A DNA stretch of 64,000 nucleotides from Scyliorhinus canicula (taxonomy: Eukaryota). Below, in pieces: positions 39,372-50,034 of the stretch. Made by a program: the position numbers and the translations under genes. A model generated the notes under the pieces. That model did not search any database and was not told where the DNA came from. It saw only the letters and a program-made list of their open reading frames with translations. Numbering within the stretch: the stretch's first letter is position 1; the number at the start of each line of letters is the position of its first letter. Where the stretch lies: positions 8,319,569 through 8,383,568 of the forward strand of contig NC_052153.1 in assembly GCF_902713615.1 (NCBI RefSeq), in the 5' to 3' direction.

Positions 39372-40219
39372 CCTGGGAGCACTGGTTCTGATTTTAAAGT
39401 TAATTTGGACCTTCTCACAGACAAAGGAGAAATAGAAACTAAACCAACTAATACCATTGATTAATAGCTGGGATCAAGGAGATTATTTTATGAATTATCT
39501 TATGAAGGTTGGGCGCATAAGCCATGGGGAGTTTAGAAGAATGGAGAGGTGATCTTATTGAAACATTTAAGACCCTGAGGAGATTTGACAGGGTGGGCAC
39601 TGAGGGGATGCATCCCGTTGCAGAACTAGGGAACGCCGTTTGAAAATTAGAGACACCACCAATTTAAGATGGAGCTGAAGGGGAATTTATTGTTGTTCTC
39701 TCAGGTAATTTTCTTCCATAGTGAGCAGGGGAGGCTGGGTCCCTGAATATATTCAAGGCAGAGGAAGGCGGGTCCTTGACCAAGGGAGTCGAGGGAGGGA
39801 GGTGGAAGCAGGGGGGGTTGGAAAGCCAAAGTAAAAAATGGAAATTTCTGGAAAAGGTTCAAGCCGGCCTGGCAGCCAAAGACTGAAACAGAGTTGGACC
39901 GTCGAGCCCAACTTGGCTCTTCGTCGGGAAGGTTGGGAAAAAGGGGGAGTCGAGGTTACAAGAAGACCAGGCCATCATCTAACAACAAAATTATTTTGTT
40001 ATAATCAATGATTACAATTACCCTAAATTTTGTGTTTAATGGGTGGTGGGGTTGGATTTGGAAACCTGGCCTTTTGCTTTTGCTGTCTGGTCACCTCAGC
40101 TCTGCAAGTGGTTGCAGGCAGTGGTCACTCTGAGTGACCGGCCTGCCAGCCCGCCCTGGGCCTGCTGTTGGCCTGGGCCTCCAATCCCCTCTCCCTCCCT
40201 CAGTCCCTGGGTCTCTTAC

Positions 40220-40420
40220 CTGCAGCAGCCACTCACTCCCCCAGCCGTCCTCACACTTCACTCCGATTATAAATTATTTTAACCGTGTTTCAGTTCTTTT
40301 TTTAAATAATGCTTTAGTACCCCGGCTTCTTGATCCGGCCGCGAACATTTGCTCCCGTTATTCCCACTCAGGGTCGCCCTCAGCCCGGGACAAGCCGCTG
40401 CCTGTGAGGGGGTGACACCA
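40220..40420 (-). other. TOPORS: Probable upstream (5' UTR) exon of TOPORS; upper boundary and TSS not determined
   Basis: Strong donor CTGCAG|GTAAGA at 40220/40219, at the edge of the CpG island and ~9 kb upstream of the coding-exon acceptor. Confidence 0.55.
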
Positions 40421-40890
40421 TCACACAAGCGCGATGAGTGACGGCGTCGCGCTGGCCGCCGGGATGCCGGCGGACCGACGCCGGAGGACCAGCGCCGCGC
40501 CGCGCCCCGCTGGCCGCCGGGACACCGGAGGACCAACGCCGACCTCCCACTTTCTCTCTCATCGCCTCGGATGTCGGAGGACCAACGAAACCTCACGCCC
40601 GCTGGCTGCCGGGACGTTGGAGGACCAAAGCTCCCCGATATGTCTCTGTGCTTTCTCTAATTTCGACGGAGAAACAAGCTGGCGCTGGAGGGCCCAGAGA
40701 GCGATTTGCGCCACTTGAGATGCACAGCACCAACCGTTAGGGTTAGAGGGGGACATTTTAGATCTCCTCGGGCCTTTTTGTTTGTTTGCTTCCCACTGGT
40801 GGCTGGTTGCCATAGTGAAGGGATCCCGCGGCCGCCATGATCCGCGTGAGTCACCGAGCGCTGGACAGGATTTGTTCCATTGTGAGTATC
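40300..40890. promoter_or_regulatory. CpG-island bidirectional promoter shared by TOPORS (-) and SMIM27 (+)
   Basis: Locally high GC and CpG density in otherwise CpG-poor DNA, lying between the TOPORS donor and the SMIM27 ATG. Same head-to-head layout as in human. Confidence 0.8.
40837..40881 (+). CDS. SMIM27: Small integral membrane protein 27, coding exon 1 (MIRVSHRALDRICSI)
   Basis: Kozak context GCCGCCATG, 15 codons, then donor ATT|GTGAGT (phase 0). Resembles the human N-terminus as I recall it (MKPVSRRTLDWIYSV). Confidence 0.88.
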
Positions 40891-41109
40891 GGCTGTGAAC
40901 AGCAGGGGGAGCAGTGTTGCCAACTTTGGTTGGTGCTGGAGAATCCCTTGTATTTATGGAGACTCCAGGGCAGTCCTGGAGAGTTGGCAACTCTACATTT
41001 GCCCTAAAGTTACATTAGCAGCAATAGTGACTGAAATATGCTGTGCCTTTTGCATCTCTTACTTGTCTTACTCTGCACAACCTGTGTCAAATACAATTTT
41101 AACATACCT

Positions 41110-41236
41110 CCATTCACCTGAGGAAGGAGCTGTGCTCCGAAAGCTCGTGTTTGAAACAAACGTGTTGGACTTTAACCTGGTGTTGTAAGACTTCTTACTG
41201 TGCTCACCCCAGTCCAACGCCGGCATCGCCACATCA
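41110..41236 (+). mobile_element. Penelope-like terminal-repeat fragment (same family as 6657-6860)
   Basis: Shared sequence ...gaaacaaac(g/c)tgttggactttaacctggtgttgtaag(a/g)cttcttactgtgctcaccccagtccaacgcc... Confidence 0.7.
41115..41149 (+). ncRNA. Minimal type-I hammerhead ribozyme motif in SMIM27 intron 1 (sense orientation)
   Basis: Identical 35-mer to the 6705-6739 (-) copy. Confidence 0.65.
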
Positions 41237-41509
41237 AATATAATTTTGGCATCGTTTGCCCTCTGTCTAGCTCACTATAATATCTGAACTGTATCCCATA
41301 GTTTGGTTTATTCAGCTAAACATTCACATTTGGTCTCTGAGGCCAGGCTTTTAATATCCATTTAGGAACAGTAGTTAACACACCACGAATTGTTGGGGGC
41401 TCTCATCCAAATCTAACCTCTTTCTCTTTTTATTAATTTATGGCATAAATAGTTCAGTTGTATGGAGAATTATTAAGTTAAAGGAGAAGGTATAAGTGCA
41501 GGTTAATGA

Positions 41510-41827
41510 CATAGAACATAGAATTGACAGTGCAGAAGGAGGTCATTCGGCACATCGAGCCTGCACCGGCCTTGAAAAGAGCACCCCATTTAAGTCCAGA
41601 ACTCCGCCCCATACCCATAACCCAGCAACCCCACCCCTTTGGACATGAAGGGCAATTTAGCATGGCCAATCCACCTAACCTGCACGTCTTTGGACTGTGG
41701 GAGGAAACCCACGCAGACACAGGGAGAATGTGCAGACTCCGCACAGACAGTGACCCAAGCCGGGAATCGAACCTGGGACCCTGGAGCTGTGAAGCGACAA
41801 TGCTAACCACTGTGGTACAGTGCCGCC
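41510..41827 (-). mobile_element. HE1-like V-SINE type A
   Basis: Head, core and CR1-type tail. Confidence 0.85.
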
Positions 41828-41829
41828 CA

Positions 41830-44800
41830 GAGAGCGAGGATGTTAAACTAGGTAAAGCAGCCGAGGGTTCAAGAGAGGTTAGTAAAGTTTCCAGACTATG
41901 TAATAGAGCAGAGAGTATAGAAAGCGGCAGGAATCTAACTTCTGGCAGAGTAAAAAAGGTGATAAATATGAGGATGGGGGTGGTCAATGCAGGACTGAGT
42001 GTTGTACCTAAATGCACACCGTATACGGAACAAGGTAAATGAGTTTGTTGCGCACATTGAAATTGGCTGGTACAATGTTGTGGGCATCACAGAGACGTGG
42101 CTGCAAGGGGATCAGGGCTGGGATCTAAATATCCAAGGATATAATAATAATCTTTATTGTCACAAATAGGCTTAGATTAACATTGCAATGAAGTTACTGT
42201 GCAAAGCCCCAAGTTGCCACATTCCGGCACCTGTTCGGGTATACAGAATTCAGAATTACCTAACAGCATGTCTTTTGGGACTTGTGGGAAGAAACCGGAG
42301 AACCCAGAGGAAACCCAAGCAGACACAGGGAGAACGTGCAGACTCCACACAGACAGTGACCCAAGCCGGGAATCGAACCTGGGACCCTGGCATTGTGAAG
42401 CGACGGTGCTAACCACTGTGCTACCGTGCTGCCTAATGTGTCCTATCGAAAGGACAGGCAGATGGGCAGAGGGGGTGGGGTTGCATTGTTAGTAAGGAAT
42501 GAAGTTAAATCGATAGCAAGGAGCAATACAGGATCAGAAGGCATAGAATCGCAAAGGTAAAAAGACCCTGATGAGAGTCATGTACAGGCCCCCTAGATAG
42601 AATTTACCCAGCAGTTTGAGAGGGAGAAGCTGGAATCAGGTGTAACAGTATTACAATTAAATAAAGGTAACTACAAAGACAAGAGGGAGGAGATGGCCAG
42701 AGTTGATTGGAAGGGGAGCCTAGCAGAAAAGACACTGCAACAGCAATGGCAGGGGTTTTGGGGGGTTATTTGAGAGGCACACAGAAATTCATCCCAAGGA
42801 AGAGGAAACATGCTAAGGGGAGGACGAGGCATCGTGGCTGATGAGAGAAGTCAAGGGCAGCATAAAAGCAAAAGAAAAAGTATACAATGTGGTGAGGATT
42901 AGTGGGAAGCCAGAGGATTTAAAGGCAGGCAGAGGACAATTAAAGAAGCAATAGGGGAAGAAGATGATATATGTGTAAAGTAGCTAGTAATATAAAAGAA
43001 GATAGGAAGAGTTTTTCTCAATATATAAAAGATAAGAGAGAGGCAGGAATAGACGTTGGACCACTGGAAAATGAGGCTGGAGAACTAGTAATAGGAAACC
43101 AAGAAATGGCAGAGGAACTGAATAGTTACTTTGCATCAGTTTTTTGGTGGAAGACACCAGTGGGATGCCAGAGCTCCAGAAGAATCCGTGGGCAGAGGTG
43201 AGTGCAGTGGCCTTCACTAAGGACAAGGTTGTGGAGAAACTGAAAGGTCTGAAGGATAAATCACCTGGTGTGGATGGACTACACCCCAGGGTTCTAAAGG
43301 AGATCATTGAGGAGATTGTGGAGGTATTGGTGATGACCTTTCAGGAATCACTGCAGGCAGGTAGGGTCCCAGGGGACTGGAAAATGGCAAATGTAACAAC
43401 ACTGTTTAAGAATGGAGGCAGAAGGTGGGAAATTATAGGCCGGTTAGCCTGACTTCGCTCAGTGGTAAGATTTTAGAGTCCATAATTAAAGATGAAATCA
43501 TGGAGTACATGGAAGAGCATGATAAAATAGGACTGAGTCAGCACATCTTCGTCAAGGGGAGGTCACGTCTGACAAATCGGTAAAAATTGTTTGAGGAGTT
43601 AATAAGGAAGTTAGACAAAGGAGAACCAGTGAACGTGATCTATTTAGATATCCAGAAGGCCTTTGACAAGGTGGCGTATGGCTGTTAAATAAGTTAAGAG
43701 CCCATGGTGTGAAGGGTTAAGATACTGGAATGGCTAGAGGATTGACTGACTGGGAGAAGGCAGCCTGTGACTCCTGGTGTGCCTTGGGGGTCGGTGTTGG
43801 GACCACAACCTTTCACATTTTACATTAATGATCTGGAAGAAGGAACTGAGTACACTGTTGCTAAGTTTGTAGATGATACAAAGGGGATTTTCACAGTAAC
43901 TTCATTGCAGTGTTAATATAAGCCTACTTGTGACACAAATAAAGATTATTATTGTGCAGAGGGATGGGTAGTATTGAGGAAGCGGGGTGCTGCAGAAGGA
44001 TTTGGACAGGCTAGGAGAGTGGGTAAAGAATTGCCAGATAGAATACAATGTGGATAAGTGTGAGGTTATGCACTTTGAAAGGAAGAATGGAGATATAGAC
44101 TATTTTCTAAATGGGAAAATGCTTAGGAAATCAGAAGCACAAAGGTCCTTGGGTGTCCTAATTCAAGATTCTCTTAAGGTTAATGTGCAGGTTCATTCGG
44201 CAGTTAGGAACGCAAATGTAATGTTCGCATTCATGTCGAGAGGGCGAGAATACAAGAGCAAGGATGTACTTCAGTGGCTGTATAAGGCTCTGGTCAGACC
44301 CCATTTGGAGTATTGTGAGCAATTTTGGGCCCCGTATCTAAGGAAGGATGTGCTGGTCTCGGAAAGGGTCCAGAGGAGATTCACGAGAATGATCCCTGGA
44401 ATGAAGATCTTGTCGTATGAGGAACGGTTGAGCACTCTGGGTCTGTACTCGTTGGGAGTTTAGAAGGATGATGGGGGGATCTTATTGAAACTTACAGGAT
44501 ACTGCGAGGCCTGGATAGAGTGGGCGTGGAGAGGATGTTTCCACTAGTAGGAAAAAATTAAACCAAAGGGCACAATCGCAGACTAAACGAACGATCCTTT
44601 AAATCAGAGATGAAGAGGAATTTCTTCAGCCAAAGTGCAGTGAATCTGTGGAACTCTTTGCCGCAGAAGGCTGTGGAGGCCAAATCACTGAGTGTCTTTA
44701 AGACAGAGATAGATAGGTTCTTGATTAATAAGGGGATCAGGGGTTATGGGGAGAAGGCAGAATGGGGATGAGAAAATGTCAGCCATGATTGAATGGCGGA

Positions 44801-44840
44801 GCAGACTCGATGGGCCGAGTGGCCTAATTCTGCTCCTATA
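41830..44840 (+). mobile_element. CR1-clade LINE ORF2 and 3' end (degenerate) in SMIM27 intron 1, with nested SINEs
   Basis: ITETWL, KSPGVDGLHPRVLKE, DWKMANVT, YLDIQKAFDKV, KFVDDTK, LQKDLDRL, LYKALVRPHLEYC, followed by a CR1-type tail. Confidence 0.9.
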
Positions 44841-44844
44841 TATT

Positions 44845-45735
44845 ATGGGATGTGGGCTTCGCTGGCTAGGCCCATATTGCCCATTCCCAATTGCGTTCCT
44901 TGAGAAAGTGGTGGTGAGCTGCCTTCTTGAACCAGTGTAGCCCATGTGTTGTAGGAACTCCCACAGTACCGTTAGGGAGGGAGTTAGACGTTTTGACCCA
45001 GTAACAGTGAAGTGATATAATTCCAAATCAGGATAACCAGTGACTTGGAGGGGATCTTCCAGGTCATCGGGTTCCTCTATGTCTGCTGCCTTTGTCCTTC
45101 GAATTGGCAGTGGTCATGGGCTTGGAAGGTGCTGCCTAAAGGCGCCTTGGTGAGTTCCTGCAGTGCATCTTGTAGATGGTACACACGGCTGTTACTGTAG
45201 GTCAGTGGTGGAGGGAGTGAACGTTGGTGGAAGGAGTGGCAATCAAGTCCACAGCTGTCCTGGATGGTGTCGAGCTTCTGGAGTGTTGTTGGAGCTGCAC
45301 TCATCCAAGTGGAGAGTATTCCATTGCACTCCTGACTTACGCCTTGTAGATGGATGGTGGACAGACTTTCGGCAGTCAGGTGTTATTCACTGCAGGATTC
45401 CTAACCTCTCACCTGCATTTGTAGCCATGGTATTTATGTGGCAAATCCAATTCAGTTTGTGGTAAATGGTAAGCTCCAGGATGTTGGGAATGCAGGATTC
45501 AGCGATGGTAATGCCACTGCAGTGAAGTCCTGGAAGTGAGATAGTTGACCTCCAACAATCACAACCGTCTTTCTGTGTACCAGGTATGACTCCAACCAGT
45601 AGAGTGTTTTCCCCGATTCCCATTGACTCCAGTTTTGCCAGGGCCTCTTGATGCCTCACTTGGCCAAAAAGCTGGCTTGATATTAAGGGCAGTCACTCTC
45701 ACCTCTAGAGTTCAGCTTTTTTGTCCATGTTTAAA
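44845..45735 (-). mobile_element. 5'-truncated LINE (CR1/L2 superclade) 3' portion
   Basis: ALAKLESMGI, SAAPTTLQKLDTIQD. The 3' tail resembles the SacSINE1-like tails. A related copy lies on + at ~59240-60030, interrupted by SINE sequence. Confidence 0.7.
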
Positions 45736-46149
45736 CCAACAGAAGTATTTTCTACCCTTCCTAATCATGTACCCTGCAGCCACACAGCTTTGAACTCAAT
45801 GAATAGCCTTTTGGAAGGAACGTTGTTAAGTTGGACAATGATGGTAAATCAGAGCTTGTATATATTGAAACAAAATGCAGTAAAGTTTTGTTATAATATA
45901 CAGGAGTGTAACGGGCACAAACATCAGAAGAATTGCTTGTGATCCCTTAGCTTTTACCAGAGTTTGTTTAATGTAATAAAAAACTCAGCAGATGAGGCAT
46001 CAATGGAGAGGTAAAGAGTTAATGTTTCAGCTCGATGACCTTTTGTTCGGACTGTGACCTGACCTGCTATTTCACTTTTTAAAAAATTCCAACATAGCCG
46101 TTACTTTGCTTTTTGTTTTAACGTGATGTCTATCTCTTATCTTGTGCAG

Positions 46150-46326
46150 CTACTCCTGTTCATCGTCTTACTTTCCTGGGGATTTGTAATTTATGCAGCC
46201 AGGATTACGGCTATCGAGCAGCTGAAGAGTAAATTTGCAAAGTTACCCGCACAGTTCGGCGCTCCTCACCGTACTACCAGTGGACAGGCACCTGCATCAC
46301 CAACAGATGCAGCAGGCCACAGATGA
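46150..46326 (+). CDS. SMIM27: Small integral membrane protein 27, coding exon 2 (LLLFIVLLSWGFVIYAARITAIEQLKSKF...AGHR*)
   Basis: Acceptor tctcttatcttgtgcAG|CTA, phase 0 and in frame with exon 1. Hydrophobic TM segment with the SWG..IYA motif, similar to human LLLAIVLISWGCIIYAS. Position matches the syntenic locus. Confidence 0.88.
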   Translation, partial: LLLFIVLLSWGFVIYAARITAIEQLKSKFAKLPAQFGAPHRTTSGQAPASPTDAAGHR

Positions 46327-47035
46327 TGGGGAAAAATCTTGGCACCAACCTCCTGCACTGTGTGAGATTGCACCCGTCAATGGTACACACAAGTACAGAT
46401 ATTTTGTGAGAGGTGGAAACTCAACTAGAAACGTGTGCAAAGAATGACAGATTGCAAATGACTTTTTAAATTACTTCTCATTGTAAAAACGTCAAGTTAA
46501 AATTCTGATGTTTATATTTTAACAATTAAGCTTTAGCACCAAAGCATTGTCGCTCGTTATCTTTTGGATTTTTCTTTCCATTTCTAAGCACCATTGAAGT
46601 TTAAAATTGCTTAGTTTGTTGTTGCATGAATTTGGGTGAAATAATTCACTTAGCAGTGGTGTAAACGTGGAGCTCACTAACAGAGGGATCGTCTGAAATG
46701 ATGTCAAAGCTGCTTCACAGAGCAATCATCAGACAAAACTTGACATGGAGTCACCGATGGAGAGATTCGGACAAGTGACCAGAATCTTGGTCATAAGAGG
46801 TCAGATTTAAGGATACTCTTGGAGGAGAAGGCGAGGCAAATAGGTTTAGGAAGGGAACTCCAGAGATTAGGCTCCAGGCAGCAGAGGAAAAGTCCGCCAA
46901 TGGCGGAGCAATCAAAATTGGGACTGTAATAGAGGCCAGAATCAGAGGTATGCAGAGATCTGGGAGGGTGGTAGGGTTGAAGGAAGTACGAGATAGGGAG
47001 GGCAAAGTGTGGCATTTTTGAAGGATAGACTTGCA

Positions 47036-47392
47036 GGCAGCACGGTAGCATTGTGGATAGCACAATCGCTTCACCGCTCCAGGGTCCCAGGTTCGATTCC
47101 GGCTTGGGTCACTGTCTGTGTGGAGTCTGCACGTCCTCCCCGTGTGTGCGTGGGTTTCCTCCGGGTGCTCCGGTTTCCTCCCACAGTCCAAAGATGTGCG
47201 GGTTAGGTGGATTGGCCATGATAAATTGTCCCTTAGTGTCCAAAATTGCCCTTAGTGTTGGGTGGGGTTACTGGGTAATGGGGATAGGGTGGAGGTGTTG
47301 ACCTTGGATAGGGGGTAGGGTGCTCTTTCCAAGAGCCGGTGCAGACTCGATGGGCCGAATGGCCTTCTGCACTGTAAATTCTATGTAATCTA
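47036..47392 (+). mobile_element. HE1-like tRNA-derived V-SINE, full length, CR1-type tail (type A)
   Basis: tRNA-like head with B box GGTTCGATTCC and V-domain core (tgtgtggagtctgcacgtcctccccgtg...ggtggattggccatg). Tail gatgggccgaatggccttctgcactgtaaattctatg. Confidence 0.88.
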
Positions 47393-47479
47393 TGAAGGCT
47401 GTTAGGATAGACTGCCTGTTTGTCCACACAAACGGACGAAGAGCTCATCAACAGGTCACGTGACCTTCTTCCAACTAAA

Positions 47480-47730
47480 AACATAGAACCCCTATCGTGC
47501 AGAAGATGGCCATTTGGCCCATCAAGTCTGCACAGACCCTCTGAATATCTAGGCCCACCCCCCCACACTATCCCCATTACCCCACCTAACCTGTGCATCT
47601 TTCAACTGGGAGGAAACCCACACAGACACAGGGAGAAAATGCAAACTCCACATAGACAGTCACCCGAGGTTGGAATCAAACCTAGGCCCTGGCGCTGTGA
47701 GGCAGCAGTGCTAATGACTGTGCCGATGTG
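47480..47730 (-). mobile_element. HE1-like V-SINE (older copy)
   Basis: Diverged core and tail. Confidence 0.75.
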
Positions 47731-47932
47731 CTATCCACTACACAACAGAAAGGTCATGAACAGATTTGAAAACACAGATAAGAATTTTAAAAATCGAGGC
47801 ATTGCTGGACTGGTCAAGTAAGCTTGGAGGTAATGGGTGAATGGAACTTGGTGAAAATTAGGACATGGGCAACCGGGTTTTATAAAGTGCCATATGAATA
47901 AGCAGCCTTCTGGATCTTGGTAAATTAGCCAC

Positions 47933-47938
47933 TTTATT
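47933..47938 (-). terminator. NDUFB6 polyadenylation signal (AATAAA)
   Basis: tttatt on the + strand, 50 nt downstream of the stop codon. Confidence 0.7.
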
Positions 47939-47987
47939 GGAAGGTAAATGTTTAGCCTTTGATACAAGAATCCATAATCTCCTCTGT

Positions 47988-48059
47988 TTAGTGATGCCCA
48001 GTCTGCTCATCCTCTTCCATTGGCTGAATAACTTCTCCCGTCTCCAACACAGTGTCACC
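47988..48059 (-). CDS. NDUFB6: NDUFB6 exon 4 (GDTVLETGEVIQPMEEDEQTGHH*)
   Basis: Acceptor gttccttcAG|GGT. Contains GDTxLETGEVIxPM and the terminal HH, then a TAA stop. Confidence 0.95.
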   Translation of the reverse strand, partial: GDTVLETGEVIQPMEEDEQTGHH

Positions 48060-48164
48060 CTGAAGGAACAAATCAGCAGAAGTCAGACGTGTGATTAGCG
48101 CAACAGATTCTCTCAATTTGAAAGCCCAGAGCTTCTTTATGATAAAATCCCTCATTTTTGTCCA

Positions 48165-48410
48165 TAGAATCACTGCAGTGCAGAAGGGGGCCATTTGGCC
48201 CATCGAGTCTGCACCGACCCTCTACCCGTGCCCACTCCCTGTAATCTTGTGCATTGATTCAAGTCAATCCACCTAACCTGCGCATCTTTGGACTGGGGGA
48301 AGCTGGAGCACCCGGAGGAAACCCACACAGATACGGGGAGAAGATGCAAACTCCAAACTGTTGGAATCAAACCCAGGTCTCTGGCGCTGAGAGGTGCCAC
48401 GGTGTCGCCC
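48165..48410 (-). mobile_element. HE1-like V-SINE (older copy)
   Basis: Diverged core and tail. Confidence 0.75.
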
Positions 48411-49484
48411 AGCACAGTGTCTTATCCAGCCAGTTCATTTCACCATTAAATGTTATGAGTCCTGAGGTTTTGTGACAATTGCTTATTTCCTATTTCCAGA
48501 TCGTGTAATCCTTCCACCTTCTCGCGATCTAATTTAGCCACAGAAACACTACACAGGGAACATTGCAGCAAAAATGATCCTCCGACAGTTACTTTAATAA
48601 TTCCTCATTCACACTGCTATATACACCCCTAAAATGTACCAGATTAACTTTTAAAAAGGTAAAGGTCAAAGCCAATATATTTTTATGGAGTAACAGCACC
48701 AGAAGCTTTTTCCAACATTCTCTTCAATCTTCTGTTACGACGTATGGTTGTGGAATGCCTGGGGAAATTTTAACTTCACGTGTTTATTACCCTCACATTT
48801 ACGTGGTGCACAGCACGGTGTCTTCTGGGCTTGGAAACAAGCCGCCTCCCGAATACTTCATGCCTTCTGCTTGACCATTGATTCCCTACGCTCGAGGGCT
48901 CCCGTGCTCACACCAGTGCATACACATACATACACCACCTCAACAAGGTAGCTCCTGGGGTTCACCGAGCAGGCCTCTAATGCATTTGCAACGATCCAGG
49001 ATCCCGCATCGTATACAAACGCAGTACAATCATCCGTTAGGATTTCCCTCACCACTTCCTGGGATGTCCCATTGAGTTTCCTTTGTGTTAGTTTTGACAT
49101 GTGTGGATTGAAGATGTGACATTTATGGATTGAAGATGTGACATCAAGGTGCAGCCTGTGCTAGATTGCAAGTGGGAATGTTCAGGTGCTGCAAGCTATT
49201 TCTCAAAAGTTGCATCTATATGTGGTGTAGTTAAACCCTGACTGCAGAGCAATTTTCTCTTGTGAACCATTGTTTTTGCCTCCCCAGGAAAATTACATGT
49301 AGGCTGCAGGATTGGAGGGGGATCACACACTTGGGCTTCTGTTCGATGAATACTCATTATGGGACTGTGTGGAGGTTTGATGCAACAAGCACCAGACTTT
49401 CCTGGTTTCGGATTTCCATCATTCTCAGTTTTTCTTTGTTTTATAAATCTCTTCTCGCCACCTTGTTACATTGAAGATATATAT

Positions 49485-49942
49485 TTGGTTAGCATTGTTG
49501 CTTCACAGCGCCAGAGTCCCAGGTTCGATTCCTGGCTTGGGTCACTGTCTGTGCAGAGTCTGCACGTTCTCCCCGTGTCTGCGTGGGTTGCCTCCGGGTG
49601 CTCCAGTTTCCTCCCACAAGTCCCGAAAGATGTGCTTGTTAGGTGAAATGAAATGAAAATCGCTTATTGTCACGAGTAGGCTTCAAATTAAGTTACTGTG
49701 AAAAGCCCCTAGTCGCCACATTCCGGCGCCTGTTCGGGGAGGCTGTTACGGGAATCGAACCTTGCTGCTGGCCTGCTTGGTCTGCTTTCAAAGCCAGCGA
49801 TTTAGCCCTGTGCTAAACTGAACATTCTGAATTCTCTCTCCGTGTACCCGAACAGGCGCCGGAATGTGGCGACTCGGGGATTTTCACAGCAACGTCATTG
49901 CAGTGTTAATGTAAGCCTACTTGTGACAATAAAGATTATTTA
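49485..49942. mobile_element. Type-C SINE (+) interrupted by an antisense short tRNA-SINE (type D, ~49647-49818)
   Basis: Type D has a different tRNA-like head (GTTTAGCACAGGGCTAAATCGCTGG...GGTTCGATTCCC) joined directly to the type-C tail, ending (ATTTC)n. Other D copies at ~51945-52112(-) and ~38440-38550(+, truncated). Confidence 0.75.
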
Positions 49943-49989
49943 TAATTTTACATGATTGCGTACGCTGCAAGGCCCACCATGTAACTCAC

Positions 49990-50034
49990 CGGGAAGATTT
50001 TCGGCTTCACACTCACTATACCGTATGGTTTTGT
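49990..50034 (-). CDS. NDUFB6: NDUFB6 exon 3 (TKPYGIVSVKPKIFP)
   Basis: 45 nt, flanked by ccacAG| and |GTGAGT. Contains the KPYGIV...IFP motif. Confidence 0.95.

Noticed and set aside
47036-47110. tRNA genes suggested by A/B boxes here and at many similar sites
   Set aside because: These are SINE heads that continue into V-core sequence; no complete cloverleaf was found.
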